The notes: generated by a model not told the origin, from the sequence alone. 64,000 nucleotides of DNA from Nitrospiraceae bacterium (GCA_050246315.1 JBFWWG010000002.1:492811-556810); one strand, 5' to 3'. Numbered from the stretch's first letter, positions 18,483 to 28,482 are shown. Numbers and translations: made by a program.

Positions 18483-19002
18483 CGCGTGCCTTTCCCTGAT
18501 CGTAATCTCGAAACCGCAGCGTATCCGCCACGTCCTCTAGAATCGTCGCCCGCTCCAGATCGCGACGAGCCTGTGCCACGGCATCCATTGCGCAGTCGAA
18601 GTCCTCATCTGTCCACGTTGAGGTGTCGAGTCCAGAGGCTGCGCGCAGCACCGCTTCAGCCCGTTGCCGCAGATCAAGCGCGGTCTGTTCAAATTCAAAC
18701 GCGGTCCGCACCGGATCAAACCGGGCAGTTGTCGGTTGGTTCGGCGGGCGGGAGCCGCGAGGAAGTGCGGCATCATGGAAGAGGTCGGAAACCCGGATGT
18801 TGAGGGCTGCACAGATGGCGGACAGCTCACACCCCGCGAAGCAGCGGAGCAGTAACCCGCGTTCCCCTTGAGCGACTGACAACGATGGGTTGCGATCCGC
18901 ATGCGCCGGGCACCGCGCTTGCCAACCGCGGGAAGTTCGGCGCGTGGGTCCTCCGAGTCGTGAAAGGAAGTCGTCGATGGTCACGGCTGCCCTCCCGATC
19001 AC
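18445..19002 (-). CDS. primase-type zinc-finger protein (CHC2-like)
   Basis: WQARCPAHADRNPSLSV...LLRCFAGC. Confidence 0.78.
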   Translation of the reverse strand: MIGRAAVTIDDFLSRLGGPTRRTSRGWQARCPAHADRNPSLSVAQGERGLLLRCFAGCELSAICAALNIRVSDLFHDAALPRGSRPPNQPTTARFDPVRTAFEFEQTALDLRQRAEAVLRAASGLDTSTWTDEDFDCAMDAVAQARRDLERATILEDVADTLRFRDYDQGKARDAKQHERRRTAA

Positions 19003-19166
19003 TTCTTGTTGTTGGCGGTTTCAACAAACGCACTAAGATCCTCGGGCCTGACAAGGACTCGACGGCCCAACCTGACAACGGGGAGCCTACCATCCCGAAT
19101 CCAACGACGAATCGTACTCTCACCTACCCGCAACTCCGATTTGACTGCGTGAATGTCTTTGAGCAT
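18999..19166 (-). CDS. AlpA/excisionase-like HTH protein (55 aa)
   Basis: Own translation MLKDIHAVKSELRVGESTIRRWIRDGRLPVVRLGRRVLVRPEDLSAFVETANNKK; GGAGG RBS; stop overlaps GTG of the primase-like gene; missed by ORF track. Confidence 0.85.
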   Translation of the reverse strand: MLKDIHAVKSELRVGESTIRRWIRDGRLPVVRLGRRVLVRPEDLSAFVETANNKK

Positions 19167-19307
19167 GAAACACCTCCGTTGAGTTGTAGTGATCGTTCAC
19201 AAGGTAGATGATAGTTCCTTTCAGAGAAGGAACAATGGACAGATAAGAGAAATGAAAGTGTCTAAGATTTGGGCAAGGCGGCGGGGGGATCTGCTAACGG
19301 GATCAGT

Positions 19308-20015
19308 CTATGTGGAGCGCCTGTCCTCGAACAGGAGAGCAAACTCGCCCTTAAGAATCTCAGGTCCCTTGTCCTTCAGGTGCTGGAGCGCCCTCTTGGC
19401 CTTGTTGGCAGCGCCACGGTCCTCCGTGTCTACTGACGCAGCCTGCAAGGCCATCACAGCATGTCGCAAGTGTTCTAAGGCGATTCTATGTGTCCGTTTC
19501 CTGGCTCGATACAGCCTCTTGTCACTCGCGCCTAGGAACGCCCGCCGTACTTGGACAGGCGTGCTCAGGCCTTGGAGGTCCGCCGCAGCGATTCGACGAC
19601 CCAGCAGCTTTGTAAGGGCATCGGCCAACTCCCTGGTTCGAGCGATCTGGTTGCGAATACGCCTGGCGTTGCGCCAGATTCCAGGAAGTGTCTCCTTAAG
19701 ATGTTTCTGTTCCGCTAACATCGCTTGATCTCTAGCATCTGCCCGGCGCGCCCTCATATCTGGCAAGCGGGGATTTCGGGCCTGCTGGAGTGCCCACTTC
19801 AGAGCGGCGGTTTGCCCATCTCGGCCCCGGCGTGCAGCGTATTCGCGGAGAAATTCCTCTACCCAGACCCGATACCGCTTGTACGTGTCAGGATCATGCT
19901 GCTTGAGAAGTGTTTCCAGTCCTTCAGTGAGGGTCTGGAAAAATTGTAGTTGTTCGCTTTTCCTCAGGATTCTACGGCGATCGTTGTCCGGCATCAGCCC
20001 CTCCCGTTGGAGCAT
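19308..20015 (-). CDS. hypothetical basic helical protein of the element
   Basis: 235-aa ORF co-oriented with the element backbone. Confidence 0.6.
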   Translation of the reverse strand: MLQREGLMPDNDRRRILRKSEQLQFFQTLTEGLETLLKQHDPDTYKRYRVWVEEFLREYAARRGRDGQTAALKWALQQARNPRLPDMRARRADARDQAMLAEQKHLKETLPGIWRNARRIRNQIARTRELADALTKLLGRRIAAADLQGLSTPVQVRRAFLGASDKRLYRARKRTHRIALEHLRHAVMALQAASVDTEDRGAANKAKRALQHLKDKGPEILKGEFALLFEDRRST

Positions 20016-20211
20016 CCCGAAATGGAGCCCGGCCAGCCGTCTCGGGTCAGCGGCGTTCGGGTGGCCTACGCGAGGTCGGGTGTACTGTTCGCGATCGAGC
20101 GTGGCGCGAGGCGTCCGATGACCAGCCGAGAAGCACCCCTGTAGTGCGGACTCTTGCTATCCCTAGCACGCCCACTCGCGAATGACAAACGAACCGGGCA
20201 GACTCAGCGGT

Positions 20212-20559
20212 TTACCTAGGATTATCAGTGTGTTGGGTGAGGCGGGATCGTAGTTGTACGAGCTGGTGATCGATCCTGCGAAGGAAGGGCCGACCTACTT
20301 TCCCCGCTCGCCGGCAGAGCGTCCGTTGGGACTCTGTAAGGAGGATCATGGCCGCCACTTCAGGAATCGCCCAGCACCGACGTGTGTATAGCTGGCCCCC
20401 ATGTCGCCAGTGGCGGACTACGAGCCTGGCGGGCAGACCGGCCTTCAACAGCCGACGCCTGGCCGCATGCCGTCCGACACCGAGCAGTAGCGCAATTTCA
20501 CCTACGGTCAAGCAGTCACGCGGAATCGTCTGACGGGCCCACGAATAATCCCTTGCCAT
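20212..20559 (-). CDS. hypothetical protein with HTH-like N-terminus
   Basis: LTVGEIALLLGVGRHAARRRL resembles an HTH. Confidence 0.55.
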   Translation of the reverse strand: MARDYSWARQTIPRDCLTVGEIALLLGVGRHAARRRLLKAGLPARLVVRHWRHGGQLYTRRCWAIPEVAAMILLTESQRTLCRRAGKVGRPFLRRIDHQLVQLRSRLTQHTDNPR

Positions 20560-20958
20560 GAATCCATTCTACACGGAACACGATCTTTGGCAACGCAGGG
20601 GCGCAATCGGGCATGATCTTGTGAGCGGTGACAGGTTGAAATTTTGGGGTAGCTTACTTAGACTCTCATGCGATTTGCCTTGGAGTAATGAGGACTGGCT
20701 CTAACAGGAGATGCAGCGCATCGATTGTGAGACGGGTCAAAGCTTTGCGAGGACTATCATGGCCGGAGAACAGATGTTTTTCGCCGAGCGCATCGTTGTT
20801 CGGGTACATGGGGGTCAATCGCTTACCCGCTATGTTTCTTCTTGTCTGCTCAATCGGCCTGGAGTGACTTCGCCGAAGCAACGACCGCATTCAAACGCAC
20901 GGATCATGGCACCATGTACTGTGATGGCAGCAAGAGCCCGAACAGCTGTGGTGGATCG

Positions 20959-22098
20959 ATGATGTCACGTGAGTGCAGGCTGCGGCCTAAGTGTTTCGGT
21001 TTTCTTCATTTTGTAGTCCTGTACCTGGTCTGTGCACCTAATTTGTCACAGGCACATGATGATTTATCCACGAGAGCGCCAGAGAGGGCCAGGCAGTTAG
21101 TTAAGGAGGCGACAGCGCCACATTCATGGGGAAAGATAAGCGAGGGCAAAGGTGGGTTGGCATGGCAGATTGAGCTACTCACTTTGGCAATTCACTATGA
21201 CGCACTTTACCATGAAGCCTGGTTCGAACGAGGAACAATCTACCTCCTTGTTGATGAACTCTATCTCGCCTATCGTGACATGACCGAGGCGATTCGTCTC
21301 GCGCCGGAACCTTCGGAGGAATACCGAAAGATGCGGGATGAACTGTTTTCCACGAAGGACTTTCAAAGGTCCGCTTTTGAAGCACGTGACGCTTTGTGGC
21401 AAGGAGTAAGGGAGCGTGCAAACTCCATGGGGCTGTCTGATGGGATATATCTGGCGCGATCCCATTATCTTCGCGGTCAGGCAAGCATGGACCTCGTTCA
21501 ATGCGAAGCGGCCGCGGATGATTTCTCAGCGGATGTTGCCAGGGACCCATATCATGCCAATGGCTATGTCTACAGAGGACGAGCACTTTACTGCTTGGGC
21601 CAATACGAAAAGGCTTTGGCTGATTTCTCGAAAGGAATCAATGCATTTTCGCATTGGGCTTGGGAGCGCGCCGCCGGAGCGGCTCATGTCTGGAAGGGTC
21701 GTGCGCTACGCATGCTGAAGCGGTATGCAGAGGCAGATGAGAACTTTAGTAAGGCTATCAGCATTGAACGAGAGATGAATACCGTCCCCAGTATGAATGT
21801 CTTATGCAATGCTTTTTATGGACGAGCATTAGTTAAGAAGGACCTGAATCGGTATGAGCTGGTCATCGAGGATCTCACTATAGCAGTTGAGCTTGCACCT
21901 GAATGGCCCCATCCTCAATCAACAATCCGAAGGGATGGACCGGACTATGCAGGGATTCCCCCGACTCGGGGAAATGTTTATCGAGTGATGGCGGATGCCT
22001 TTCATCAAATGGACGATAGGGAACGCGAGCATAGGGCGTGGCAGATGGCGTGTCGGTTCTATGATGCTGAGGCTTGTGAAAAGGTCTTGGCCAAGTAG
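20959..22098 (+). CDS. secreted TPR protein (element cargo)
   Basis: Signal-peptide-like segment ending SQA; TPR motifs (AWFERG, YVYRGRALYCLGQYEKALADFSKGI); visibly less GC-rich than the host. Confidence 0.8.
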   Translation: MMSRECRLRPKCFGFLHFVVLYLVCAPNLSQAHDDLSTRAPERARQLVKEATAPHSWGKISEGKGGLAWQIELLTLAIHYDALYHEAWFERGTIYLLVDELYLAYRDMTEAIRLAPEPSEEYRKMRDELFSTKDFQRSAFEARDALWQGVRERANSMGLSDGIYLARSHYLRGQASMDLVQCEAAADDFSADVARDPYHANGYVYRGRALYCLGQYEKALADFSKGINAFSHWAWERAAGAAHVWKGRALRMLKRYAEADENFSKAISIEREMNTVPSMNVLCNAFYGRALVKKDLNRYELVIEDLTIAVELAPEWPHPQSTIRRDGPDYAGIPPTRGNVYRVMADAFHQMDDREREHRAWQMACRFYDAEACEKVLAK

Positions 22099-22415
22099 AA
22101 CATACTCGTCATCAGGTCCCCCTTCCTTCCCCCCATTGCCCCCCCCTCCCCCTATAGCGCGAACCATCCGGCGGCTGCGGCGGGACAGATGATTGTGGGA
22201 GGCGACCCCTCAGCCGCGACTTTTCCGTTACCTTCATGTGTTGCCAGTATCGGCTGTCCGGGAAGTGTAACCGCAAGTGTCACCGTTGGGCCTCATGCCC
22301 ATCACACGCTATGCAACGCGATGCAATCCTTAGAATCGGCTAATCTTCGCTCCCGGTGTGGCTCTTCTCATCTTTCTGCATACCTGTATGATCCCCTAAT
22401 ACTTCATCCGATTGC

Positions 22416-22474
22416 TCTCGAAAACCGGTGTCTGGGTAACTGGACCGAGGGTTCAAATCCCTCCCTCTCCGCCA
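22416..22474 (+). repeat. att direct repeat (3' 59 nt of tRNA-Ser)
   Basis: Identical to 14957-15015. Confidence 0.95.
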
Positions 22475-22533
22475 AAGCGCCGCCTGCCAGGCTAGCCGCC
22501 ATTGGAGCCATTTCATCGCCGGGAAGCAAGTAC

Positions 22534-22662
22534 AGAGGGAGGGATTTGAACCAGGGGGTCTGCGGGGGATGTGTCCCCCGCATGGGGAGCATACGAGGGG
22601 GCTGGCCCCCTCTGTAGGAGCGGTCGGAGATGCTCCGATCGCGACTTCAAATCCCTCCCTCT
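22534..22662. repeat. mini-element with 17-bp inverted repeats matching the tRNA-Ser 3' end and three internal hairpins
   Basis: AGAGGGAGGGATTTGAA (22534-22550) / TTCAAATCCCTCCCTCT (22646-22662). Confidence 0.75.
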
Positions 22663-22925
22663 CCGCCATACCAACCTTCGGTTGTACCGGCCGCTCATTG
22701 GGCGAAGCCCCTCTTCATTGTCGCGGCCGGAGAAACACCGCCAGTGTTCCTTCCCTTGTTATGAACCGCACTTCGTGTGAACGGCGGGCTCTTCAAGCGA
22801 AGCTTCTCTTCATTGTCGCCCGCCGAGAAACACCTTTAACATCCTTCTGATCTCTCTTCTTGAGACCGCACTTCGCTTGAGCCGGTAACTGTTCCGCATT
22901 TTTTCTCACTGATGCAACCGGAGAG
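22663..22925 (+). repeat. structured ~69-bp repeat, tandem units (22671-22739, 22766-22834, degenerate ~22866-22925)
   Basis: Close match to 29082-29253; unit consensus ends CTCTTCATTGTCGCCCGCCGGAGAAACACC. Confidence 0.85.
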
Positions 22926-23108
22926 ACAACTCAAGTGACTTCGCTCCTCTGGTCTCCCGAGACTATGGACCGAGATCTACCCAGAACTTCTCGTGCACCA
23001 GAACCAACAGGCGAATCCTATGGGACTGGGGAACCAATAACAAACGGATCGGAATGATGGTTTCGCCTCAGTTACGGCAACTATTCGGCAAACAGCGGCA
23101 AGCGGTGG

Positions 23109-23957
23109 TCAGGAATGTGGCCTAACCACTTTGAGATGCAGCGTATATGATTTACGAGGTAGATTTTTCCCTTGTATAGCAAAGGTCAAATCGAAAGCAT
23201 TGGTTGCGTCAGGTATGGTAACATCCACGGCGAACTTATATGGTCCCCCTGCCATTTGAACGGGATCAATGTCATTAACGCCTAGCCCGCTGAACTGGAA
23301 TGCATTGTGGTCAGCTCTCTCTGATATTCGTGTATCGGCTTCGTCCACATGGACCACGTTCGGAATAGCATAAATCCTGACAATCGGCCGGATGATCTCT
23401 ACTTTCCCTTTGTTTGATACGAGAAAGATTGCCCTTGCCCACTGCTTGTCTTTCTCAAGGGGAAATTCAATTTCAGGCAGTTTTTCAAGATCGTCTATGA
23501 GCTTGGGACCCGCGGTCGTTAGCAGGGCAATTTCAGCAATAGGTCTTCTTGATTGGCGTTCCTGTTCTCGTCTCCATTGCTCCTCTAGCAGCCCTAGCTG
23601 GGATTTGGAGATTTCCAGATTCTTACTTAATAGCTCCTGTTGGGCCTTCGATGTTTCAAGGTTATACCCAAGGATCTCCTGTTGCTTCGTCGCAGCATCG
23701 ACAACTGCCTGTAGCTGCTTCCGGCTGGCGTCCAAATTCTCTTGCTGTTCCTTACTGTCCCTGACAGCCTGTTGATAAGCAGCGATGCCAACATATAACG
23801 AAACGATCGCGACAACAAGGGTTGCAAGGTTCGTGATGTCGCCCAAGGTCAATGAGCCTGTACGAACGGGAATTCTTTCCCAGAGTAGATACGCGAAAAT
23901 TGCAAGGCCTGAGAAGGTCAGGATGGAGGCAACAGTCAAGAGCATAGATTTGTTCAT
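23109..23957 (-). CDS. hypothetical membrane protein with coiled coil
   Basis: Two N-terminal TM segments, Q/E/K-rich heptads, beta-rich C-terminus; AT-richer than flanks. Confidence 0.75.
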   Translation of the reverse strand: MNKSMLLTVASILTFSGLAIFAYLLWERIPVRTGSLTLGDITNLATLVVAIVSLYVGIAAYQQAVRDSKEQQENLDASRKQLQAVVDAATKQQEILGYNLETSKAQQELLSKNLEISKSQLGLLEEQWRREQERQSRRPIAEIALLTTAGPKLIDDLEKLPEIEFPLEKDKQWARAIFLVSNKGKVEIIRPIVRIYAIPNVVHVDEADTRISERADHNAFQFSGLGVNDIDPVQMAGGPYKFAVDVTIPDATNAFDLTFAIQGKNLPRKSYTLHLKVVRPHS

Positions 23958-24114
23958 CTGTGCACTGTGTGCAGGCGTTGGGCAACGTGATTATCCCGGA
24001 TTCCGCAGTTGCAATACGAGGCGTGTTTCTATCCTAGAACCCATCCGCAGAACTTGCTGCACAACGAGCGATGCCGATTTTCACCAAATCACCTGCGGCG
24101 CAGTTCAGAATTAG

Positions 24115-25294
24115 GGAAGGTCTGATTAATTCACGTTTACACTGAGCGAGCTATTCATGGGTTGGTCAACACGGGCAATCAAGTGGGAATCAGATGGTCC
24201 GCAAGCGTCTTCGTCGGGGTTTGCCCCTCATCCGACAGCCCACGTCCGCCCAGCCGACACACGCCCTCTACGTTCCCGCCAACAGGCGCCGTCGCGCCAG
24301 GTACAGATTCGTCAAGCCGCAGGTGACAAAGAGCCAATTCGTATTCTTCGCCAGCCCCCGGTAGCGCACTTTGGCCCATCCAAAGATCTGTTTCATCACC
24401 AAGAACACATGTTCGACTTTCGCACGAACCTTCGACTTGGTACGATTCCGGGCACGCTCCGCCTCACTCAGCGGTCGGTGCCGATGCGCTTTGGCCTGGA
24501 TAAAGCTCTTGGCCTCAGGGGCATGCTGCTGAATCACCTCGCGGTGCCCGCTGTACGCCGCATCCCCCCACACCCGCGTCTCGTTGCCGTGCAGGAGATC
24601 CGGCAACACCTGACTGTCATGCACGTTCGCCGCCGTGGCCGTCACCGAATGGATCAACTTGGTGCGGCTATCCACCCCGATATGGGCCTTCATGCCGAAG
24701 TACCACTGGTTTCCCTTCTTCGTCTGATGCATCTCCGGATCTCGCTCCTTGGTGCGATTCTTCGTCGAACTGGGGGCACTGATGATCGTGGCATCTACGA
24801 TGGTCCCCTGGCTGATCTGCAGCCCCTGCTCGGCGAGATACGTCCGGATCAATGCAAACAGCTGTTCACCCAACTGGTGGCCTTCCAGCAGGTGCCGAAA
24901 TTTACAGATGGTCGTCTCATCGGGCACAGGCTCGCGGCCCAGATCAATGCCGACAAACTGCCGCATGGCGCGGGAGTCATACAGGGCCTCCTCCACTGCT
25001 GGGTCCGACAGGGTGAACCAATGTTGCAGGAAATGAATGCGGAGCATCCGGTCCACGCCCACCGGCGGACGCCCGGCCCCCTCAGGGTTGGGATAGAACG
25101 GCGCGATAACCCCTGCCAGGGCTCCCCACGGAATCACGCGGGCCATCTCGTCCAGGAACCGCTCTCGACGGGTGGGCTTCCGGTACGGTTCAAACGTGAC
25201 CTCTGCAAACGTCTGTTGCTGCATGGGGCGCGCCTCCTCATCAGTGCCGCGCTACCCGTAGCATATCGGACGGAGAGAATAAATCAGAGATTCC
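24115..25294 (-). mobile_element. IS5-family insertion sequence (1180 bp)
   Basis: Imperfect TIRs GGAAGGTCTGATTAATTC / GAATAAATCAGAGATTCC (15/18) flanked by TTAG duplication (24111-24114, 25295-25298). Confidence 0.92.
24268..25224 (-). CDS. IS5-family DDE transposase
   Basis: VPDETTI, IVDATII, RDPEMHQTKKGNQWYFGMKAHIGVD, GDAAY, RAKVEH. Confidence 0.97.
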   Translation of the reverse strand: MQQQTFAEVTFEPYRKPTRRERFLDEMARVIPWGALAGVIAPFYPNPEGAGRPPVGVDRMLRIHFLQHWFTLSDPAVEEALYDSRAMRQFVGIDLGREPVPDETTICKFRHLLEGHQLGEQLFALIRTYLAEQGLQISQGTIVDATIISAPSSTKNRTKERDPEMHQTKKGNQWYFGMKAHIGVDSRTKLIHSVTATAANVHDSQVLPDLLHGNETRVWGDAAYSGHREVIQQHAPEAKSFIQAKAHRHRPLSEAERARNRTKSKVRAKVEHVFLVMKQIFGWAKVRYRGLAKNTNWLFVTCGLTNLYLARRRLLAGT

Positions 25295-25479
25295 TTAGCA
25301 TCTCAAGTCATTGATTACTCAACGGTGGCGCGAACTAGGTTTTTGGCTGCACTGGCCACCGCGGAATCCGGGATTATAGCGGATCGAGTGATTTATCAAG
25401 ACGCATGCCCGAGTCCTAACTGAACGGAGACAGGTCACCCGGTTGAGTATTGTTTATCATTTTCTGACCACACCTAGCC

Positions 25480-27618
25480 TCAAAAGGCAGTGGCAAAAAA
25501 CTCATCGGCGCTCGTGTTGGCAAAGGAGGTTGGAGCTGAACTGCCGTCTGCCGGAATGGTGAACAAATCCCGGGGAGCTGATGAGATTAACCCGCCAGTG
25601 CGTCGTTCATAAAAGATTACGCTGCCGAAAGATCCCACGAAGTCTTCATGGTCCTGGCTTGCCGCGAGAGGTGTCAACCCCGTTCCATCTAATCGCACGC
25701 TATAAAGGTCCTGTGGACCAAGCAGCGAGGTGCCTGGTTGTTGCCGTTGGAAATTGAGGCGAGTGCCGACGACAGCCGCGAATGACTCATCGAGACTACT
25801 GGTTGCCAGGGCTACGACTCCTCCCGTGCCATCGGCTCGGATGGCATAGAGGTCATCTTGCCCCCCATTATCGCGGCGGAAAATGATGCTGTCGCCAGCG
25901 ATCCCGGCCGTGAATTCATCTCCCGGACCGGTAGCCAAGGGAACTTCTCCAGTGCCATTCAGATTGACGCTGTAGATATCAGTTTGGCCATTTACAGTTC
26001 GTTCGTACACGACACGAGCGCCAACCACCACAGCAAAGAATTCATTGCCTGGGTTGACGGAGAGCGGGGTAGTTCCCGTACCGTCCAGGTTGACTGCATA
26101 AAGATCGAACTGGCCGCCACCTGCTGGTCCTCGCATGTAAATCATGCGGTTACCCACTACGCCGCCAAAAAATTCGCTGTCCGGACTTCCGGCTAACGTA
26201 ATCGGTGTACCTGTGCCGTCGATATTCGCGATAAGAAGATCAGCGGGAGAGGAGGGATCAATCCGTCTCACAAAGATGAGCCGGTTTCCCACCGTGGCCT
26301 GATCGAACTCTTCCAAGGGCGTCGTAGCGAGAGGACGAACGTCGGTTCCGTCAGCGTTGATGCTGTAGATGTCCGTGTTGTTACTTTGCGGGTTGACTTG
26401 GCTCCCGACCCGGCGTTCATAAATAACCCGCTCACCGACAATACTTCTAAAGTATTCATCATCCCCACTATTGGCCAAGGCCCTTTGTGCTGTTCCATCC
26501 AAGCTCACACTGGCCAGATCTCTGAGCCCGCCGACCGTCTGGGAAACTCCATACACCAGCCAGCTTGCTGTCGCACCACTTGCGAATTCATCGGCCCCGC
26601 TGCTGACCAACGGAGCCGCACCGGTGCCATCGAGATTGACCATCCAGAGATCACGAGGGACAAGAGGTCCCACGGGACTTGTATGATAGATGACTTGGTT
26701 CCCAACTACGCGAAAGAACCGCTCGCTGATTGTACTCTCAGCCGCGAGCGTGACCACTCCGCTGCCATCGCTGTTGCTGAGGAACATATCGAGATTCCCA
26801 TTGGTCGAACGACCAAAAATAACTTTCGCTGACGGAGATGGGTCTGGGTTTTTCGTTCCCACATAGATGAACCCATTCGTTCTGGTGCTATTGACCGTGG
26901 CGCTATAGAGTTGATTCGATCCCGCATCGAAATACCCAATGCCGGTAACCGTGCTATTTCCATTGGAACACACACCCCCACCAAAGGTGACCGAGAGATC
27001 GTACACATTACCCTTTGCACGCGGAGTGACGGTCCCCGTAAAGGTGCAGCCGCTACTCCCAAGACCCGAAATGCCACCAGCCTGTGAAATCGTCACCGTG
27101 GTGGCTTCGCCGATGCTCCCGACAACAGCAGCGGTTCCTGAATAGGAACCCGCGATCGTGGCAAGAGAAGGGGTAAGATCATAAGCGGCGTCGTATACGC
27201 CACTGAACGCAACGGTCTGGTTCAGTGACGGATACGAAATGGTCCCGCTCAGCGATTGCCTTGCAACATAATTCCCTGCAATGGTGGCATTATTTATTCC
27301 AGCCCCTTCAAGATTGAAGTCTCGTGCATCAGCAGAGGAAAAGACGCCGTTGCTGGAGGTTGATGAGCCTTGAACACCTCCTGCGATGATCGAGCTGTTG
27401 TTTGGCGCCGAGTAGAGAACCCAGAAACTCCCGTTGTCCAGGACAATGCCTCTGACAGTTCGAGCCGTGGTCGTGTTCCCGATCCAGAGCCCTTCGGCGG
27501 TTACTGTGGAAGCAGGCGGAGAGCTTGTTCCTTGGTCCCCTCCACTACTACATCCTGCGATGTACAACAAGGCATTAACCAGCACGACCGGGACAGAGGC
27601 CATTCGCTTGGATTGCAT
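25480..27618 (-). CDS. lipoprotein with C-terminal TolB-like beta-propeller repeats
   Basis: IAGC lipobox; Gly/Thr-rich beta N-domain; about nine repeats of DLYxVNLDGTGxxPLAxxxxxEFF. Confidence 0.8.
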   Translation of the reverse strand: MQSKRMASVPVVLVNALLYIAGCSSGGDQGTSSPPASTVTAEGLWIGNTTTARTVRGIVLDNGSFWVLYSAPNNSSIIAGGVQGSSTSSNGVFSSADARDFNLEGAGINNATIAGNYVARQSLSGTISYPSLNQTVAFSGVYDAAYDLTPSLATIAGSYSGTAAVVGSIGEATTVTISQAGGISGLGSSGCTFTGTVTPRAKGNVYDLSVTFGGGVCSNGNSTVTGIGYFDAGSNQLYSATVNSTRTNGFIYVGTKNPDPSPSAKVIFGRSTNGNLDMFLSNSDGSGVVTLAAESTISERFFRVVGNQVIYHTSPVGPLVPRDLWMVNLDGTGAAPLVSSGADEFASGATASWLVYGVSQTVGGLRDLASVSLDGTAQRALANSGDDEYFRSIVGERVIYERRVGSQVNPQSNNTDIYSINADGTDVRPLATTPLEEFDQATVGNRLIFVRRIDPSSPADLLIANIDGTGTPITLAGSPDSEFFGGVVGNRMIYMRGPAGGGQFDLYAVNLDGTGTTPLSVNPGNEFFAVVVGARVVYERTVNGQTDIYSVNLNGTGEVPLATGPGDEFTAGIAGDSIIFRRDNGGQDDLYAIRADGTGGVVALATSSLDESFAAVVGTRLNFQRQQPGTSLLGPQDLYSVRLDGTGLTPLAASQDHEDFVGSFGSVIFYERRTGGLISSAPRDLFTIPADGSSAPTSFANTSADEFFATAF

Positions 27619-27942
27619 CTCCCCCCCCGCAAATAGTTTCCGACAACGGGACCAGACGGTTTCGGGTCTCCCAGGTTTCGGAACCCTCCAAAGAGTGGGG
27701 ATTCTGGACCTCCGTCATCCATGCAAGCAATACCACTTTTAGGGCACCTCTGACATAGCTCACTTGTGTAAATTGGATTTATTCATGGCATGTCTGGCGT
27801 CAGTAGTGTGGAGCATTCCCTTACCAGCAATCTGCGCAGTTCTCATGATCGCAAACGAGTTCTCAAGACTATGTTTTTATCCCAATGCAGTTCCGGACCA
27901 TCAACTCTCGATGTCTCCCCTCTCACCCCCTGTCTCCTTCCC

Positions 27943-28080
27943 CTAACCTTCTCCCCAACTCTTCCCCCCTGAAGCCCGCCGGAGTTCCACCACCCCCAAG
28001 GTGTCTCTCGCGCATTAGGCGCGTAGCGCGTCCGCAATGCGCTACCACTCCACCCAGTCGGTAACTGCAAGCACCATCCG
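27943..28080 (-). pseudogene. degenerate copy of the 3' end of the DUF2779 gene
   Basis: Translates RMVLAVTDWVEW*RIADALRA*CARDTLGVVELRRASGGKSWGEG* versus RMVFEITDWVERQRIADALRAYCARDTLGMVELRRALGEKSRGGRQA* at ~33983-34126. Confidence 0.85.
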
Positions 28081-28165
28081 GACATGATCGCGAGCCACGA
28101 TTATCCGATAGATGCTCGGGTAGAACCCTCGGCTTCCGCTGACGCCGACGTTCTCGCGGCGGCCC

Positions 28166-28477
28166 TCAGGCGGCATCGGTCAGCCGACGGGCTCGCTCGA
28201 TCCGCTTGCGGTCGCGAGGGCTGTGCATCGCCTCCCACAGATCGGTACGCCGCTGCACATTGAGCCAAAAGTCAGGGCTGTTGCCGAACACACGTGCGAG
28301 GATGAGCGCCGTCGCCGCCGTCACGTTCCGCCGATCATTACACAGCTCGTTAACATGCTTGCGCTGGACGCCCATCGCCTCGGCCAGCGCACCCTGCGTC
28401 AGCCCCATCGGTTGCATGAACTCTTCGGTGAGAATCTCACCAACCGTCGCCGGTTTGCGTTTCGTCGTCAGCATCAT
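28166..28477 (-). CDS. higA: HigA-family antitoxin
   Basis: GEILTEEFMQPMGLTQGALA...ALILARVFGNSPDFWLNVQ. Confidence 0.93.
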   Translation of the reverse strand: MMLTTKRKPATVGEILTEEFMQPMGLTQGALAEAMGVQRKHVNELCNDRRNVTAATALILARVFGNSPDFWLNVQRRTDLWEAMHSPRDRKRIERARRLTDAA

Positions 28478-28482
28478 TCACC

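Larger units (their letters stand above)
14957..22474. mobile_element. 7.5-kb tRNA-Ser-integrated element (phage-satellite/IME-like)
   Basis: 59-bp exact direct repeats 14957-15015 and 22416-22474; tyrosine integrase, XRE, two Xis/AlpA-like HTHs, primase-like and DUF3631-like genes; no virion or conjugation genes recognised. Confidence 0.9.

Noticed and set aside
22117..22153. C-rich tract (possible minus-strand G-quadruplex) near the element's right end
   Set aside because: Single low-complexity tract with no supporting context
22416..22474. Second tRNA-Ser gene
   Set aside because: Only the 3' 59 nt are present; it is the att duplication
22671..22925. Tandem ~95-100-bp periodic repeats as a CRISPR array
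   Set aside because: Units are ~69 bp and divergent, the intervening sequence recurs at 29159-29184 instead of being unique, and there are no cas genes
24157..25314. 385-aa ORF antisense to the IS5 transposase, and similar long shadow ORFs (e.g. 50815-51759, 58483-59685, 62233-63288)
   Set aside because: Antisense shadows of well-supported genes in GC-rich DNA with no recognisable motifs
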